The notes beneath the pieces were generated by a model. That model worked only from the letters and a program-made list of their open reading frames with translations. It ran no database searches and was not told the origin of the DNA. From Myxococcota bacterium (lineage in GTDB: Bacteria; Myxococcota; JACRCW01): a DNA stretch of 56,822 bases. The position numbers and the translations under genes were made by a program. The DNA is taken from the NCBI GenBank assembly GCA_040752415.1, contig JBFMGU010000030.1:1-56822 (forward strand). Direction: 5' to 3'. Within the stretch, counting starts at the first letter, position 1; each line of letters begins with the position of its first letter. Of this stretch, positions 46,563-56,716 are shown piece by piece.

Positions 46563-46727
46563 CCTTCACCTGCCGAGCCTTCCGCCACGCTGCACCTTCA
46601 CCCGACGTCACGCCCGCGCTCAGGCTTGGGGCGCTTTCGTCACCGACGGCACAACGCTGGTGTGGGCGGCTCCGGGATGTCAAGCGGCAGTCGCGCAGCG
46701 CGCGCATTCCTCGACGGCGGCAAACGC

Positions 46728-46883
46728 GCCCTGCCCTGCCCTGCCCTGCCCTGCCCTGCCCGTGCCCCTGCCCCTGCCCCTGCCCGGCTTGGGGGCGTCG
46801 TCGCCCGACGAGGTTCCCCGCCCGACAACCTCTGCGCTGACGGTCCCTACAGGCCGGGCACGGGCACGGGCAGGGGCAGGGCA
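46728..46883. repeat. Dispersed palindromic element with TGCCC-type arms, copy 2
   Basis: (TGCCC)n then (TGCCCC)n left arm and (GGGCAC/GGGCAG)n right arm; core shared with 32040-32180. Confidence 0.85.
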
Positions 46884-46894
46884 GAAGAAATCAA

Positions 46895-48124
46895 TCAGGC
46901 CACGCTGGCCGCTTCCGACGAGGCCTCGGACCGCGCGCTCGGCCGGCGCGCCTGCCTGGGCGTGGTGACCGCAACCGGCATGGTGGTGCGACCGATCATG
47001 ATGTCCAGCGTCTTGCGCACGCGCCTCAGCACCGGCTCCTGGATGTACGGCACGCCGTGCTTCTCACACAGCGCGCGCACGCGCGGATGGGCCTCTTGGT
47101 ATTTCAGCGCCGGCAGGTCGGGCCAGAGGTGATGCTCGATCTGGTAGTTCAGGAAGCCGTGGAGGAAGTCGTTGAGGTCGCCGCCGCAGCGGTAGTTCAC
47201 CGAGCCCACCACCGCGCGCACGTAGAACTCCGCCCGGTCCGTCATGGGCTGCTCAAAGCGGTACACGTCGTCACCGCAGTGGTTGGGGACGATGATGAGG
47301 AAGCTGTGCAGGTTGGTGAACGCCTCCGCCATCAGCACATTGCACAACACGCTGAAGGCCGCCCACGGCCCCACCAGCAGGAACACCGACGGCACCAGCA
47401 CGAACTGGAACAGCCCGTAGGCCAGCAAGCTGCGCAGCACCATGTCGCGACCCATGGGCGTGCGCGGGTTGTACAGCCCCCTGCGCGGCATGAGCTGTCG
47501 ACGGTCCAGGATCTCGATCCCCGCCGGTCTGGCCACGCCCGCCCGACGAGCATGCGCGTAGTGCAGTGCGCGCACCGTGCGCGGCAGGTAGTAGGTCCAC
47601 TTCCAGGTCAACGAGAAGTACGCCACCACGAGGTACTTCATGAACGCCGGCCACCTGATGTTGCGCATCCACTCGATGTTCTGCTGCACCAGGTCGGGGT
47701 CGGCCTCCTCGCCGGTGCGGTAGTGGTGCAGGATGTTGTGCTCGTAGGACCACGCCTCCGGCAGCAGCCAGTCAAAGAAGTCCAGGAAGCGACGCCAGCC
47801 CTGCGCGAAGCCCTTGCTGGTGTAGCGCGCGGGGACGTTCGGGACCTTGTCGTAACCCTTGTGTCCCACGTGGTGCATCATGATGGTCCAGCGCGTCACC
47901 GTGCCGGTGCTCATCAGGAACGCGGAGAGCGGATTGGGGAAGAGCCAGGCCGTGGCATAGCCCAGCAGCGTCGAGAGACGGCCCCAGCGCTCCAGCTTGC
48001 GCAGGTGGCGGAGGTCGGCCTCGGACAGGTTGGCGTCGAGCTCTTCGCGCAGCGCGTTGAGATCGCGCGCGAAGGCGTTGTAGTCCACGTTGGAAAGCTC
48101 ACGTGCGGCCGGCATCTGCTGCAT
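46895..48124 (-). CDS. Membrane fatty acid desaturase
   Basis: His boxes HHVGH, EHNILHH and QIEHHLWP. Confidence 0.92.
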   Translation of the reverse strand: MQQMPAARELSNVDYNAFARDLNALREELDANLSEADLRHLRKLERWGRLSTLLGYATAWLFPNPLSAFLMSTGTVTRWTIMMHHVGHKGYDKVPNVPARYTSKGFAQGWRRFLDFFDWLLPEAWSYEHNILHHYRTGEEADPDLVQQNIEWMRNIRWPAFMKYLVVAYFSLTWKWTYYLPRTVRALHYAHARRAGVARPAGIEILDRRQLMPRRGLYNPRTPMGRDMVLRSLLAYGLFQFVLVPSVFLLVGPWAAFSVLCNVLMAEAFTNLHSFLIIVPNHCGDDVYRFEQPMTDRAEFYVRAVVGSVNYRCGGDLNDFLHGFLNYQIEHHLWPDLPALKYQEAHPRVRALCEKHGVPYIQEPVLRRVRKTLDIMIGRTTMPVAVTTPRQARRPSARSEASSEAASVA

Positions 48125-48175
48125 CCCCTTCCACAAACGGGCGCGCACCCTAGTCCAACCGCACGTCGGGCTCCA

Positions 48176-48829
48176 TCACTCCGGCGGGTCCACACCGCAC
48201 AGGTGCCGCACCGTCAGGCGCGCCAGCTCCCGGGTGAAGCGCGGGTCGTGCACCAGGCCCTCGCGGTGTCGCAGCGCCACCTCGATCACCGCGCGCACCG
48301 CCTCCATCGTCGTGAATGCGGCCAGGCGCACGTCCTCCACCTTGAGCTCGTCCTTGCGTGACTCCAGGAAGGCCGCCATCAGCTCCGTGCCCTGGTCGAC
48401 GACGGCGCGCACCGTGGCCTCCTGCTCCAGCCGCGGCACCTGCGCCATCATCTGCCGGTACAACGCCGGGGCGCGCGCGTGGTGGTCGACCATGACGTGC
48501 ACCATGGCGGCCAGCGCTTGCGGGAGCGGCTTGTCCATGAACGGCGCGAGCTTCTCGGAGAGCTGCACCAGGTCCTGCTGCGCCTCACGCTGGATGAGCG
48601 CGGCAATCAGCGCGTGCTTGCTGGGGAAGTACTGGTAGAGCGAGCCCACGCTGACGCCGGCCACCTCGGCAACGCGGTTGGTGGTGATGCCTTCCGCGCC
48701 GTGGGTCATCAACACCTTCGCCGTGGCGGTGAGGATGACGTCCACCGTCTCCGCGCTGCGTCGCTGCTGCGGCCGCTTGCGGGGTGACCGACGTGCCTCC
48801 ACCTCTCCGCGAGCCCGACGCGTCGCCAT
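48176..48829 (-). CDS. TetR/AcrR family regulator
   Basis: RKRPQQRRS..TV..IL, TTNRVAEVAGVSVGSLYQYFPSK. Confidence 0.93.
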   Translation of the reverse strand: MATRRARGEVEARRSPRKRPQQRRSAETVDVILTATAKVLMTHGAEGITTNRVAEVAGVSVGSLYQYFPSKHALIAALIQREAQQDLVQLSEKLAPFMDKPLPQALAAMVHVMVDHHARAPALYRQMMAQVPRLEQEATVRAVVDQGTELMAAFLESRKDELKVEDVRLAAFTTMEAVRAVIEVALRHREGLVHDPRFTRELARLTVRHLCGVDPPE

Positions 48830-48977
48830 GCGCCTGGTATCCCACGCCGTTCCCGCCGCGCGCAAAACGCGAACAAACCCGCTGTCCTGAACCGCACTTC
48901 TCCCCGTTCTTCCGGGGAGTTTTCCACCCGAGCAATGCGAGTTGTCCGCTCCGCGGTGCCGGCGCCATCATGACCGC

Positions 48978-50123
48978 ATGAACACCATCCTCGTTGTCGG
49001 CGGTGGCATTGGCGGGCTCACGTTGGCGGCAGCGCTCAAGAAGCGTGGCGTGGCGGTGGAGGTGTGGGAGCGTGCGCCGCAGTTCAAGCCGCTGGGCGCG
49101 GGCATTGTCATGAGCATCAACGCCATGGCGGTGCTGCGTGGCCTGGGCCTGGGGACGCTCGCCGAGGAGAAGGGGTGGACCGTCCACCAGCTCGACGTCA
49201 CCGACGAGACCGGCCGCGTGCTCTCCGGCATCGACATCACCGGCATTGCCTCGGTGCACGGCGAGAGCGTGGCGCTGCACCGCGCGGCGCTGCACGAGGT
49301 CCTGCTGCACGGCTGCGACGGCGTCACCATCCGACCGGGCACCACCGCGGAAGACATCCGCCAGGACGGCGACCGCGTGCGGGTGAAGGACAACCACGGC
49401 GGGGAGCAGGAGTTCTCCCTGGTGGTGGGCGCGGACGGACTGCACTCACAGGTGCGCACGCTGGTGTTCGGCAGGATTCCCACGCGCTACTCCGGGTACA
49501 CCTGCTGGCGCGCGGTGGTGCCGTTTGACGTCGGGAACAGCCACCGCAGCGTGGAGATGTGGGGTCGGGGCAAGCGCGTGGGCCTGGTGCCCATCAGCAA
49601 GGACCGCGTGTACATGTTCACCACGCTGAACGCGCCCGCGGGGATGGCGGACCCGGTGGAAGGTCGACTGGAGCGCTTCCGCGAGAGGTTCGCGGAGTTC
49701 GGCGACCTGGCCCCTGCCATCATCCGCGCGGTGCGTCAGCCCGAGGCGTTGCTCCACCATGACCTCGAGCAGATTGAGGTTGCGCCGTGGGTGAAGGGTC
49801 GGGTGGTGCTGCTGGGCGACGCCGCGCATGCCATGACCCCCAACATGGGACAGGGCGCGGCCATGGCCATCGAGGACGCCGCGGTGCTCTCCCGCCTCAT
49901 CGCCGAGCAGGGCATCACCGACGAGAGCCTGGCCCGCTACGAGGCGCTGCGCCGGCCGCGCGTGCACACCATCCAGAGCACCAGCTGGCGGCTGGGCCGG
50001 GTGGCGCAGTGGCAGAACGCGATGGCCTGCCGGGTGCGCAACGCGATGTTTGCAGCCATGCCCGACAGCATGACGCTGCGACAGCTGGCGCGCGTCATCG
50101 AGCAGGGCACGCAGGTGGTGTGA
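48978..50123 (+). CDS. FAD-dependent monooxygenase
   Basis: GGGIGG, VGADGLHSQVR, LLGDAAHAMTPNMGQGA..AIED. Confidence 0.93.
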   Translation: MNTILVVGGGIGGLTLAAALKKRGVAVEVWERAPQFKPLGAGIVMSINAMAVLRGLGLGTLAEEKGWTVHQLDVTDETGRVLSGIDITGIASVHGESVALHRAALHEVLLHGCDGVTIRPGTTAEDIRQDGDRVRVKDNHGGEQEFSLVVGADGLHSQVRTLVFGRIPTRYSGYTCWRAVVPFDVGNSHRSVEMWGRGKRVGLVPISKDRVYMFTTLNAPAGMADPVEGRLERFRERFAEFGDLAPAIIRAVRQPEALLHHDLEQIEVAPWVKGRVVLLGDAAHAMTPNMGQGAAMAIEDAAVLSRLIAEQGITDESLARYEALRRPRVHTIQSTSWRLGRVAQWQNAMACRVRNAMFAAMPDSMTLRQLARVIEQGTQVV

Positions 50124-50166
50124 TCCTTGTCTTCACCGCCCGGGCGCGGATACTCCTCTCGCCTTG

Positions 50167-51120
50167 ATGGAGCGGTTTGCGGGTTACGAGGTGTTGGAGC
50201 TGCTGGATGACGCGGGCAGCAGCCTCATCCACCGCGTGCGTCCGGTGGGCGCGCCCGCGCACGCCCCCGACGTGGTGCTCAAGCGGCTCAAGCCCACCGC
50301 GGAAGGCGTGAGCAAGCTGCTGGACCAGTTCCTCAACGAGGTCGAGATCACCATGCTGCTGGGCCACCCCAACGTGGTGCGCGGCATCGGGCACGGCGTG
50401 GCGGATGGGCTGCACTTCGTGGTGCTGGAGCTTGTCGACGGACCGGACGCCTACCGGCTCATGACCGCCATGCAACGCGCGGGGATGGCGCCGGACCTGG
50501 GCGTGGCGCTGCACATCTGCCTCAGCGCGTTGCGCGGCCTGCATCACGCGCACAACGCCATGACCATCCGCGGCCAGCCCTTGCGCGTGGTCCACCGCGA
50601 CGTCAGCCCGGACAACTTCCTGTGCGCGCGCGACGGACAGGTGAAGCTGGCGGACTTTGGCATCGCCAAGCTGAGCACCATGGACGTCACCACCGACCCC
50701 GCGCTCGGGATCCGCGGCAAGCTCGCGTACATGTCGCCGGAGCGCGTGCGTGGTGAGCCGTGCGGTCCGGAGAGCGACCAGTTCTCGGCGGCGCTCGCGT
50801 TCCTGGAGCTGGCCACGTTCCGCGCGGTCTACCAGAAGCGCTCCGGCATGACGGACGTGGACCTGCGTGAGCTGGTGGCGCGCGCGGAGGTGGACGTGCC
50901 GCGGGAGCTGCCGCGCAAGCTGGGCAAGTGCGTGAAGAAGGCGCTGGCGCCCCAGCCGCGCAAACGCTTTGAGAGCTGTGCGGAGTTCGCCGACGAGCTC
51001 ACCGACGCCGCGCGCGACGCGGGCCTGCGCGCGGGCGCGCCGGAGCTCTCCGAACTGATTGGGAAGCTGGGGTTGGGACGCCTATCCCCGCGCCCCAAGC
51101 CCGCGCGCCCCACGTTCTGA
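50167..51120 (+). CDS. Ser/Thr protein kinase
   Basis: VVLKRL, HPNVV, HRDVSPDN, DFGIAK, YMSPE, SDQFS. Confidence 0.92.
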   Translation: MERFAGYEVLELLDDAGSSLIHRVRPVGAPAHAPDVVLKRLKPTAEGVSKLLDQFLNEVEITMLLGHPNVVRGIGHGVADGLHFVVLELVDGPDAYRLMTAMQRAGMAPDLGVALHICLSALRGLHHAHNAMTIRGQPLRVVHRDVSPDNFLCARDGQVKLADFGIAKLSTMDVTTDPALGIRGKLAYMSPERVRGEPCGPESDQFSAALAFLELATFRAVYQKRSGMTDVDLRELVARAEVDVPRELPRKLGKCVKKALAPQPRKRFESCAEFADELTDAARDAGLRAGAPELSELIGKLGLGRLSPRPKPARPTF

Positions 51121-51266
51121 CGCAACGACGTCACCACCGGCGCCAACAGGGCCTTCGTGTTCCCTTCGCGTGGTTGGCACTGTGCAAGACGCCGCACACC
51201 GGTGCATGATGGACGCTCTGACACGACGCTGATCGTGGACCCCTTGGCAACCAGACGCGAGCCCCC

Positions 51267-52565
51267 GTGACCACCTCCAGCACCCAAGAGCTCGTCGAAC
51301 AAGCCGTCCGCGAACAGTCCCAACGCGCACTGGCCTCCGGCGCGCGCCTGCTGGCGGTCTTCACCGCGGTCTTCGCCGTGATGAGCATGGTCCTCGCCGC
51401 CACGGGTCTCGCGCCCAACCAGCTTCCGCCGAGCCTGTTCGCGGGCGGCGGCTGCGTCGTCGCCACCGGTGTGTGGTGGGCCGCCAGGAGGCGCCGGCTG
51501 TACGGGCGCGTCACGTTCGTCGCCGCCATGGTGCTGGCGCTCTTCCCGACGGTGTTCTTTGCACTGGTGCAATGGCTGACACCCACCGGGGCGGCGCCGT
51601 TCATGCTCGGGCCGCCGGTCCTCGTCTACTTTGTTCTCATCCTGTTCTCGGGATTCTTCCTCGTGCCGGCGCACAGCGTCGCTGCGGGCATCGTGGCGGG
51701 GCTGGGCTATCTGCTGATCTACTTGTGGGTCCAGCCCAGCTTTTCCGCGCTGACGCTCCCCGACGCGGTGTGGCGCCAGGAGTTCACCAACCCCGCCGTA
51801 TTCGTCGCACGCGCCGGCGTGATGGCGTTCTTCGGCGTCGGCGTGGCCACGTTGGCGCGCTTTGCCCGTGGGCTCGTGTTGCGTGTGCTCGACGAGCAGC
51901 AGGAGGCGCACGAAGTCCGCTCGCTCTTCGGCTCGTACGTCTCCGACGTGGTTGCCGCCAAGATCCTGCGCGAGCGCGGCGCGCTCAAAGGCGAGCGCAA
52001 GCATGTCGCGGTGCTCTTCTGCGACCTGCGCGGCTTCACCACGATGTCCGAAGGGCTGGACCCCGAGCAGCTGGTGGCGCGGCTGAACGCCTACCTGGAC
52101 GCCATGGTGCGGTGCATTACCGCCCGCGGTGGCGTCGTCGACAAGTTCATCGGCGACGCCGTGATGGGCGTGTTCGGCGGCGTGAGCGAGCTGGCCGACC
52201 CTTGCGGCGCGGCACTGCTGGCGGCGCGGGACATGCGGAAGGCGCTGCAGGCTTTCGCGGGCACGCTGGACAACGGCATCGGGCTGCACTGGGGTGACGT
52301 CGTGCAGGGTGCCATCGGCAGCGAGCTGCGCCGGGAATTCACCGTCATTGGCGACGCGGTCAACGTCGCGGCGCGCCTGGAAGGACTCACGCGACAGCAC
52401 GGCTGCGGCATCCTGGTGTCGGCGGCGTTCGCGGAGCGCCTGGCGGAGCCGATGCGCCAGCAGCTGCGCTCGTTGGGACCGGTGCAGGTGAAGGGGCGGA
52501 GCGCGCCGGTGGAAATCCTCGTCGGAGATGAGCCCAGCGCCATGGATGTTCGCGAGCGCTCCTGA
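51267..52565 (+). CDS. Membrane-bound class III adenylate/guanylate cyclase
   Basis: About six TM helices; FCDLRGFT, DKFIGDAVM, FTVIGDAVNVAARLE. Confidence 0.92.
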   Translation: MTTSSTQELVEQAVREQSQRALASGARLLAVFTAVFAVMSMVLAATGLAPNQLPPSLFAGGGCVVATGVWWAARRRRLYGRVTFVAAMVLALFPTVFFALVQWLTPTGAAPFMLGPPVLVYFVLILFSGFFLVPAHSVAAGIVAGLGYLLIYLWVQPSFSALTLPDAVWRQEFTNPAVFVARAGVMAFFGVGVATLARFARGLVLRVLDEQQEAHEVRSLFGSYVSDVVAAKILRERGALKGERKHVAVLFCDLRGFTTMSEGLDPEQLVARLNAYLDAMVRCITARGGVVDKFIGDAVMGVFGGVSELADPCGAALLAARDMRKALQAFAGTLDNGIGLHWGDVVQGAIGSELRREFTVIGDAVNVAARLEGLTRQHGCGILVSAAFAERLAEPMRQQLRSLGPVQVKGRSAPVEILVGDEPSAMDVRERS

Positions 52566-52634
52566 CAGCCACGTTGGGACCCGGACACGCCCCACGGGTG
52601 CCGGGCAAGGGCGGCCAAGGGTTCCGGATTCCGC

Positions 52635-53492
52635 TCAGTGACTTCGCGCGCCAGTGAAGAGGTGGACACTCGCGTCCATCCAGACCGCACCGTCGCGTTG
52701 GTGCCGGGAAAGTCGGGTGGTCAGTGTTTGATGCGCCTCATTGAATGAGTCATTGCCTGCCTTTTCCAGCTGCTCGGCGAACGTTGAAAACGATGCGAGC
52801 GCGAAGCGTGCCGCCTCCGCCGGAGGTAGCCCGCCACCCATCGGCAGCGCACCGCGCCAGTTGCGCACGTCGAGCTCCGAGAAACCGACTCGCGTCAGCA
52901 GCGTGACCAGCTTGTCGGCCTCAGCGTAGCGGAACGGACCGGGCGCTTCGGGGTCCGGGGGCGGGATGTCGACGATCTTCGCCACGACTTCACGCACGGT
53001 TGTGATCCAGGGGTTGTCCGACGGATGCCCCCAGACCGCGAAGGCGAACCGACCGCCCGGCGCAAGCCACCGGCGCAGGTTGGCAAACGCGGCCTGCGGA
53101 TCCGGGAAGAACATGACACCGAAACGTGAGGTGAGCCGATGGTACGGCTGCGCGCCCACCGTTGCTGTCGCCATGTCCGCAACCTCGAACGCAATGGCGG
53201 GCTCTTTGGGCGGAACACGGGCGCTGGCCGCTTCGATCATGGGGGGCGAGATGTCATAGCCGTGGACGACCGTCCCCTTGGGGGCTCGACGCAGGATCTC
53301 CAGTGCCGTCCCGCCGGTGCCGCATCCGACGTCGGCAACGCGATAGGGCGCGTCCAGTTGGAGAGCATGGATGAGCGGCTCGTCGACAGGCGCGAGCAAC
53401 GCTTCGATGCCTGATTGGTGAGCGCGCCACTTGTCGCCGCGCGTGCCTGCCCAGTCAGCTGCCGTGTGGCTATTGTTCACGAATGCCTCCAT
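52635..53492 (-). CDS. Class I SAM-dependent methyltransferase
   Basis: VADVGCGTG, GYDIS, SRFGVMFF.DP..AF.NL, PGPF. Confidence 0.88.
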   Translation of the reverse strand: MEAFVNNSHTAADWAGTRGDKWRAHQSGIEALLAPVDEPLIHALQLDAPYRVADVGCGTGGTALEILRRAPKGTVVHGYDISPPMIEAASARVPPKEPAIAFEVADMATATVGAQPYHRLTSRFGVMFFPDPQAAFANLRRWLAPGGRFAFAVWGHPSDNPWITTVREVVAKIVDIPPPDPEAPGPFRYAEADKLVTLLTRVGFSELDVRNWRGALPMGGGLPPAEAARFALASFSTFAEQLEKAGNDSFNEAHQTLTTRLSRHQRDGAVWMDASVHLFTGARSH

Positions 53493-53632
53493 TCCTGCCG
53501 CGGCGCGCTGTTGGCGTCGTCTCCGAGAGGAGATACGCGAGTGCCCGAGAAGGCGGAAGGTGAGGCCAATGCACCATGTCCGTGCGTTTGACGCCATGCG
53601 TCGGCCCGCGCCGGCGCCGGGATTGCCGCTCG

Positions 53633-55090
53633 TCACTGCTCGGCCGCGACTCCGAAGACGGTCAATCCGTCCATGGCATCCGTACCCACGAACCTCCCCT
53701 TTCCCAGGGGGTGGTCGCTGCTGGCGAGCGCACCCTGCGGACACCCCTCGGATGAGAAGCTCTCGGGTAGCCCGAAGGTGAGAACAAGCTGCGTGCAGGA
53801 GCAGCCGTTGGTGTCCTCCAACGTGAGCGTGGAATCGATGATGCTCCCGTCGGCGAGCCGCACCTCGAAGACGCCATCCCCGTCGGTGTCCGCGAGCCGA
53901 TGCGTGGCGAGGTCGATGTGGAAGTCTCCCTGGGTGTTGGGGCAGGCGTCCGCGGAATTGCAGACACCATCCTGGTCATCGTCCTCGCAGGCGATGAACG
54001 CGAGGCGGTCCCCAGCGGTCCCGGAGGCGCGGTCACCGATGATGAGCCCAAGGGCGTTGATGCCGGTGGCGTCGCTGTTGTCGCTGAGGATGGCGCGCGG
54101 CCCGCGGTCCGAGCTCCACAGGTACGCGGTGGGCACCAGACTGCCAATCTGTGCGGTACCCACCACCTGCTCGTCGTCGTTCACGTCGGCCACCGTGGAA
54201 AGCCCCGCGCACGCGGGACAGAGCTTCACGCGCGTCGTGCCGTCCCACAGGTAGCCCTCGTCCGGTCCCACGCCCCCCGGTTGGCCGTCAAACACGCCCC
54301 GGCCGGCGTTGTTCAGCGCGGGCGCCCGCAGCGACGTTCCCCCAAGCGTGTCGGTCAGGACGATGTCGTTGCGGAAGAGGAAGGCATACGTATCCGGCCC
54401 GAATGTGGCCGTGCCGATGACGTCGCCTCGAGCGTTGATCGCGCGTGGGATCGAGGAAACGGCGCCGATGGGAATCTCCACCGGTCCGCTGATGGTCGAG
54501 TCCAGCAGCGTCCACACCACCGCTCTTGGGAAGGTCTCAGGGCCCACCACCACGCCGGCAACGCCGACGATCTCACCAGCGTTGTTGATATCCACCGCAC
54601 CGGCGGAGGGCGTGGTGCGCGTCAACCCCGACAGCTCCTGGAGCGCGCCATCCTTCCAGACGAATCCCCGATTGCCGGCGCCGAAATCCGCCTGTCCGAC
54701 CACCACACCCTCGTCGTTGACCGCGAAGGCCTGGCTGGGCCGGGTGGGGTCCAGTCGCGCGGCCTCGTGGATGTCGACGAAGACCCCATCCTCCCAGACG
54801 AAAGCGTGCGGAATGCTGGCATGCATCACGAACCCCACCACCACGCCGGTCTCGCTGATGTCCACGGCGGCGCCGACATCGTCGGGATCGCTCCCGAAGA
54901 GGTCGATGGGCTCGTTGGGGTCGATCCACAGCGAGGCGCGCAAACGTCCGCCGGTGCCCTCCGATTGGCCCACCACCCAGCCACGGTCATTGATGTCCGC
55001 CGCAAGGCAATGGGAGCCACCAGGCAGCGGTTCGAGCATGGTGATCTTGAAGGCCCCGACGAGCGTCGCTGCCAGGAACAAGGCATGCAT
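53633..55090 (-). CDS. Secreted HAF-repeat protein with a C-terminal Cys/Asp-rich (TSP3-like) domain
   Basis: Repeated A.DIN..G.VVG and HAFVW units; DDDQDGVCNSADACPNT; GGGGGCGGAG RBS. Confidence 0.8.
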   Translation of the reverse strand: MHALFLAATLVGAFKITMLEPLPGGSHCLAADINDRGWVVGQSEGTGGRLRASLWIDPNEPIDLFGSDPDDVGAAVDISETGVVVGFVMHASIPHAFVWEDGVFVDIHEAARLDPTRPSQAFAVNDEGVVVGQADFGAGNRGFVWKDGALQELSGLTRTTPSAGAVDINNAGEIVGVAGVVVGPETFPRAVVWTLLDSTISGPVEIPIGAVSSIPRAINARGDVIGTATFGPDTYAFLFRNDIVLTDTLGGTSLRAPALNNAGRGVFDGQPGGVGPDEGYLWDGTTRVKLCPACAGLSTVADVNDDEQVVGTAQIGSLVPTAYLWSSDRGPRAILSDNSDATGINALGLIIGDRASGTAGDRLAFIACEDDDQDGVCNSADACPNTQGDFHIDLATHRLADTDGDGVFEVRLADGSIIDSTLTLEDTNGCSCTQLVLTFGLPESFSSEGCPQGALASSDHPLGKGRFVGTDAMDGLTVFGVAAEQ

Positions 55091-55366
55091 CTCCGCCCCC
55101 CCGATGATTGCGTTCGGTCGCCAGCCCGCGCTCTCGGCAAGGTAACGCTGCCGACGGCAGCCCGCCGCCCAATGCAGGACGCAAGTTGCGCGGCCGCGAA
55201 GGGGACGGAGTACCGGTGCGCCCGTGCGTGATGGTGGGCGCGGGCAATCCATGGACGCAGGGAAACGCCACGCCGTTGCAGCGAGCCGGCTCCGCACTCC
55301 GTCGGGCATCGCCCGGTGCAGCAAGTCGGCCCGGAACACGGGGGGCGTGACACCGCAACGGCACCA

Positions 55367-55811
55367 AGGGGCTGCGTCGGAAGAATTCGCCCTTGTCGGC
55401 GAGGCGGGCGAACAGGGGCGAACACCTAAGAGGCTGCGTCTAAACAAATTGCCCATTCCGTCGTGGCCGGCGAACACCTAACCCCCCACGTTTGTCCCGC
55501 TGCGCCCACTCGCCCCCCTTCCCCAGACCCGATCTTCCGTCGTCACCGAGCCGGGGAAGGGGGGCAACCGATGGGCACGGCTGCCTCTTTCCAACGAGAA
55601 AGAGTCCCAATGCCAATGCGTGCCCCCCTTCCCCGCAATGGCTGACGACGGAAGATCGGGTCTGGGGAAGGGGGGCGAGTGGGCGCAGCGGGACAAACGT
55701 GGGGGGTTAGGTGTTCGCCGGCCACGACGGAATGGGCAATGTGTTTAGACGCAGTCTCTTAGGTGTTCGCCCGCCTCACCGACATGGGCGGATTATTCCG
55801 ACCCAGCCCCT
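55367..55811. mobile_element. 445-bp nested palindromic MITE/REPIN-like element
   Basis: 55367-55566 is a near reverse complement of 55621-55811; GGCGAACACCTAA and TTAGGTGTTCGCC each occur twice; no transposase. Confidence 0.75.
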
Positions 55812-55912
55812 AAGCTCCCCGGGGCCGAACTGCCGGATGCTGGACCGCCGCAACCCGCGGTGACGCGCGCACCCTTCAGCCCGCTGGAAGCGGAAGCGAA
55901 ACGTCGACGAGG

Positions 55913-56716
55913 TCACCGCACCATGATCATCCCTGGCAGCGACTCCAACTCACCCGAGCGCGTGCACGGGTTGGTGGCAGTGGAAAGCACCCATCCGTCG
56001 GAGTGCAGGCCGAACCAGCCGCGCTGGTCGTTGTCGCGAAAGAAGTAGGTGTTGTCGTGATGGGTGTAGCCCGCGTAGGCCAGCATGAAAGGCAGCTCAC
56101 CGGGTCCGCGTTCCCGGGGATCGCAATCCCCCACCACGGGCTCTGCTGCTCCAACGGCCACAGCGCTGTCGGTGTAGCCCTCAAGGAAGTCCGCTGGCAG
56201 CGCCATCCGGTAGGCACGCGTCCATGTCTTTCCCGTGGCGTGCGCCCCCACCAACACTTCCGAGAACGTGAACACGTGGTCGTTGACGCCCAGTGAATAG
56301 GGCTTGTTGTCGTCGTCCGGCGCGCCTTCCTGGGCCAACCACCCCCACGAAGACACCTGCTCTCCCACGACGGAGCGGGCCACCAGCGTCCACCCGCCGC
56401 CGGAAACGGTCATGTCACACCAGACCTGTGTCGCCGCGGCGTTTCCCTTCGGGACGCTGGGCTGGATGGTGTACAGCCCGTCCTGACCAGCGAGCGCCGG
56501 GTTGCTCTGCAGGAGCCCCAGACAGCTGGACGCCGGTCCGCCCGAGGACGACGACGTGCCCGACGTGGCAGGGCTGCGACAGCGACCGGACCCGTCACAG
56601 CTCTGGGGCGCGGGACAATCCTCGTGGGACTGGCAGGCCGCTCCTTCCACGCACGACGTCGCTGTCACCGCCATCACAACGACGCAGGACCAGATGAGGC
56701 ACGAGCGTTCTCCCAT
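55913..56716 (-). CDS. Secreted/lipoprotein with fibrinogen-like domain
   Basis: ATSC lipobox-like; Cys mini-domain; Ser linker; SC.......DGLYTI....VWCDM...GGGWTLV. Confidence 0.8.
   Translation of the reverse strand: MGERSCLIWSCVVVMAVTATSCVEGAACQSHEDCPAPQSCDGSGRCRSPATSGTSSSSGGPASSCLGLLQSNPALAGQDGLYTIQPSVPKGNAAATQVWCDMTVSGGGWTLVARSVVGEQVSSWGWLAQEGAPDDDNKPYSLGVNDHVFTFSEVLVGAHATGKTWTRAYRMALPADFLEGYTDSAVAVGAAEPVVGDCDPRERGPGELPFMLAYAGYTHHDNTYFFRDNDQRGWFGLHSDGWVLSTATNPCTRSGELESLPGMIMVR

Noticed and set aside
51170..51186. Possible sigma54 site upstream of the cyclase
   Set aside because: TGGCAC is not spaced correctly to a TGC, and the alternative GG-N10-GC register is a poor match
55463..55725. 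Four short mirror-image ORFs on both strands
   Set aside because: By-products of the palindrome, with no RBS or codon bias
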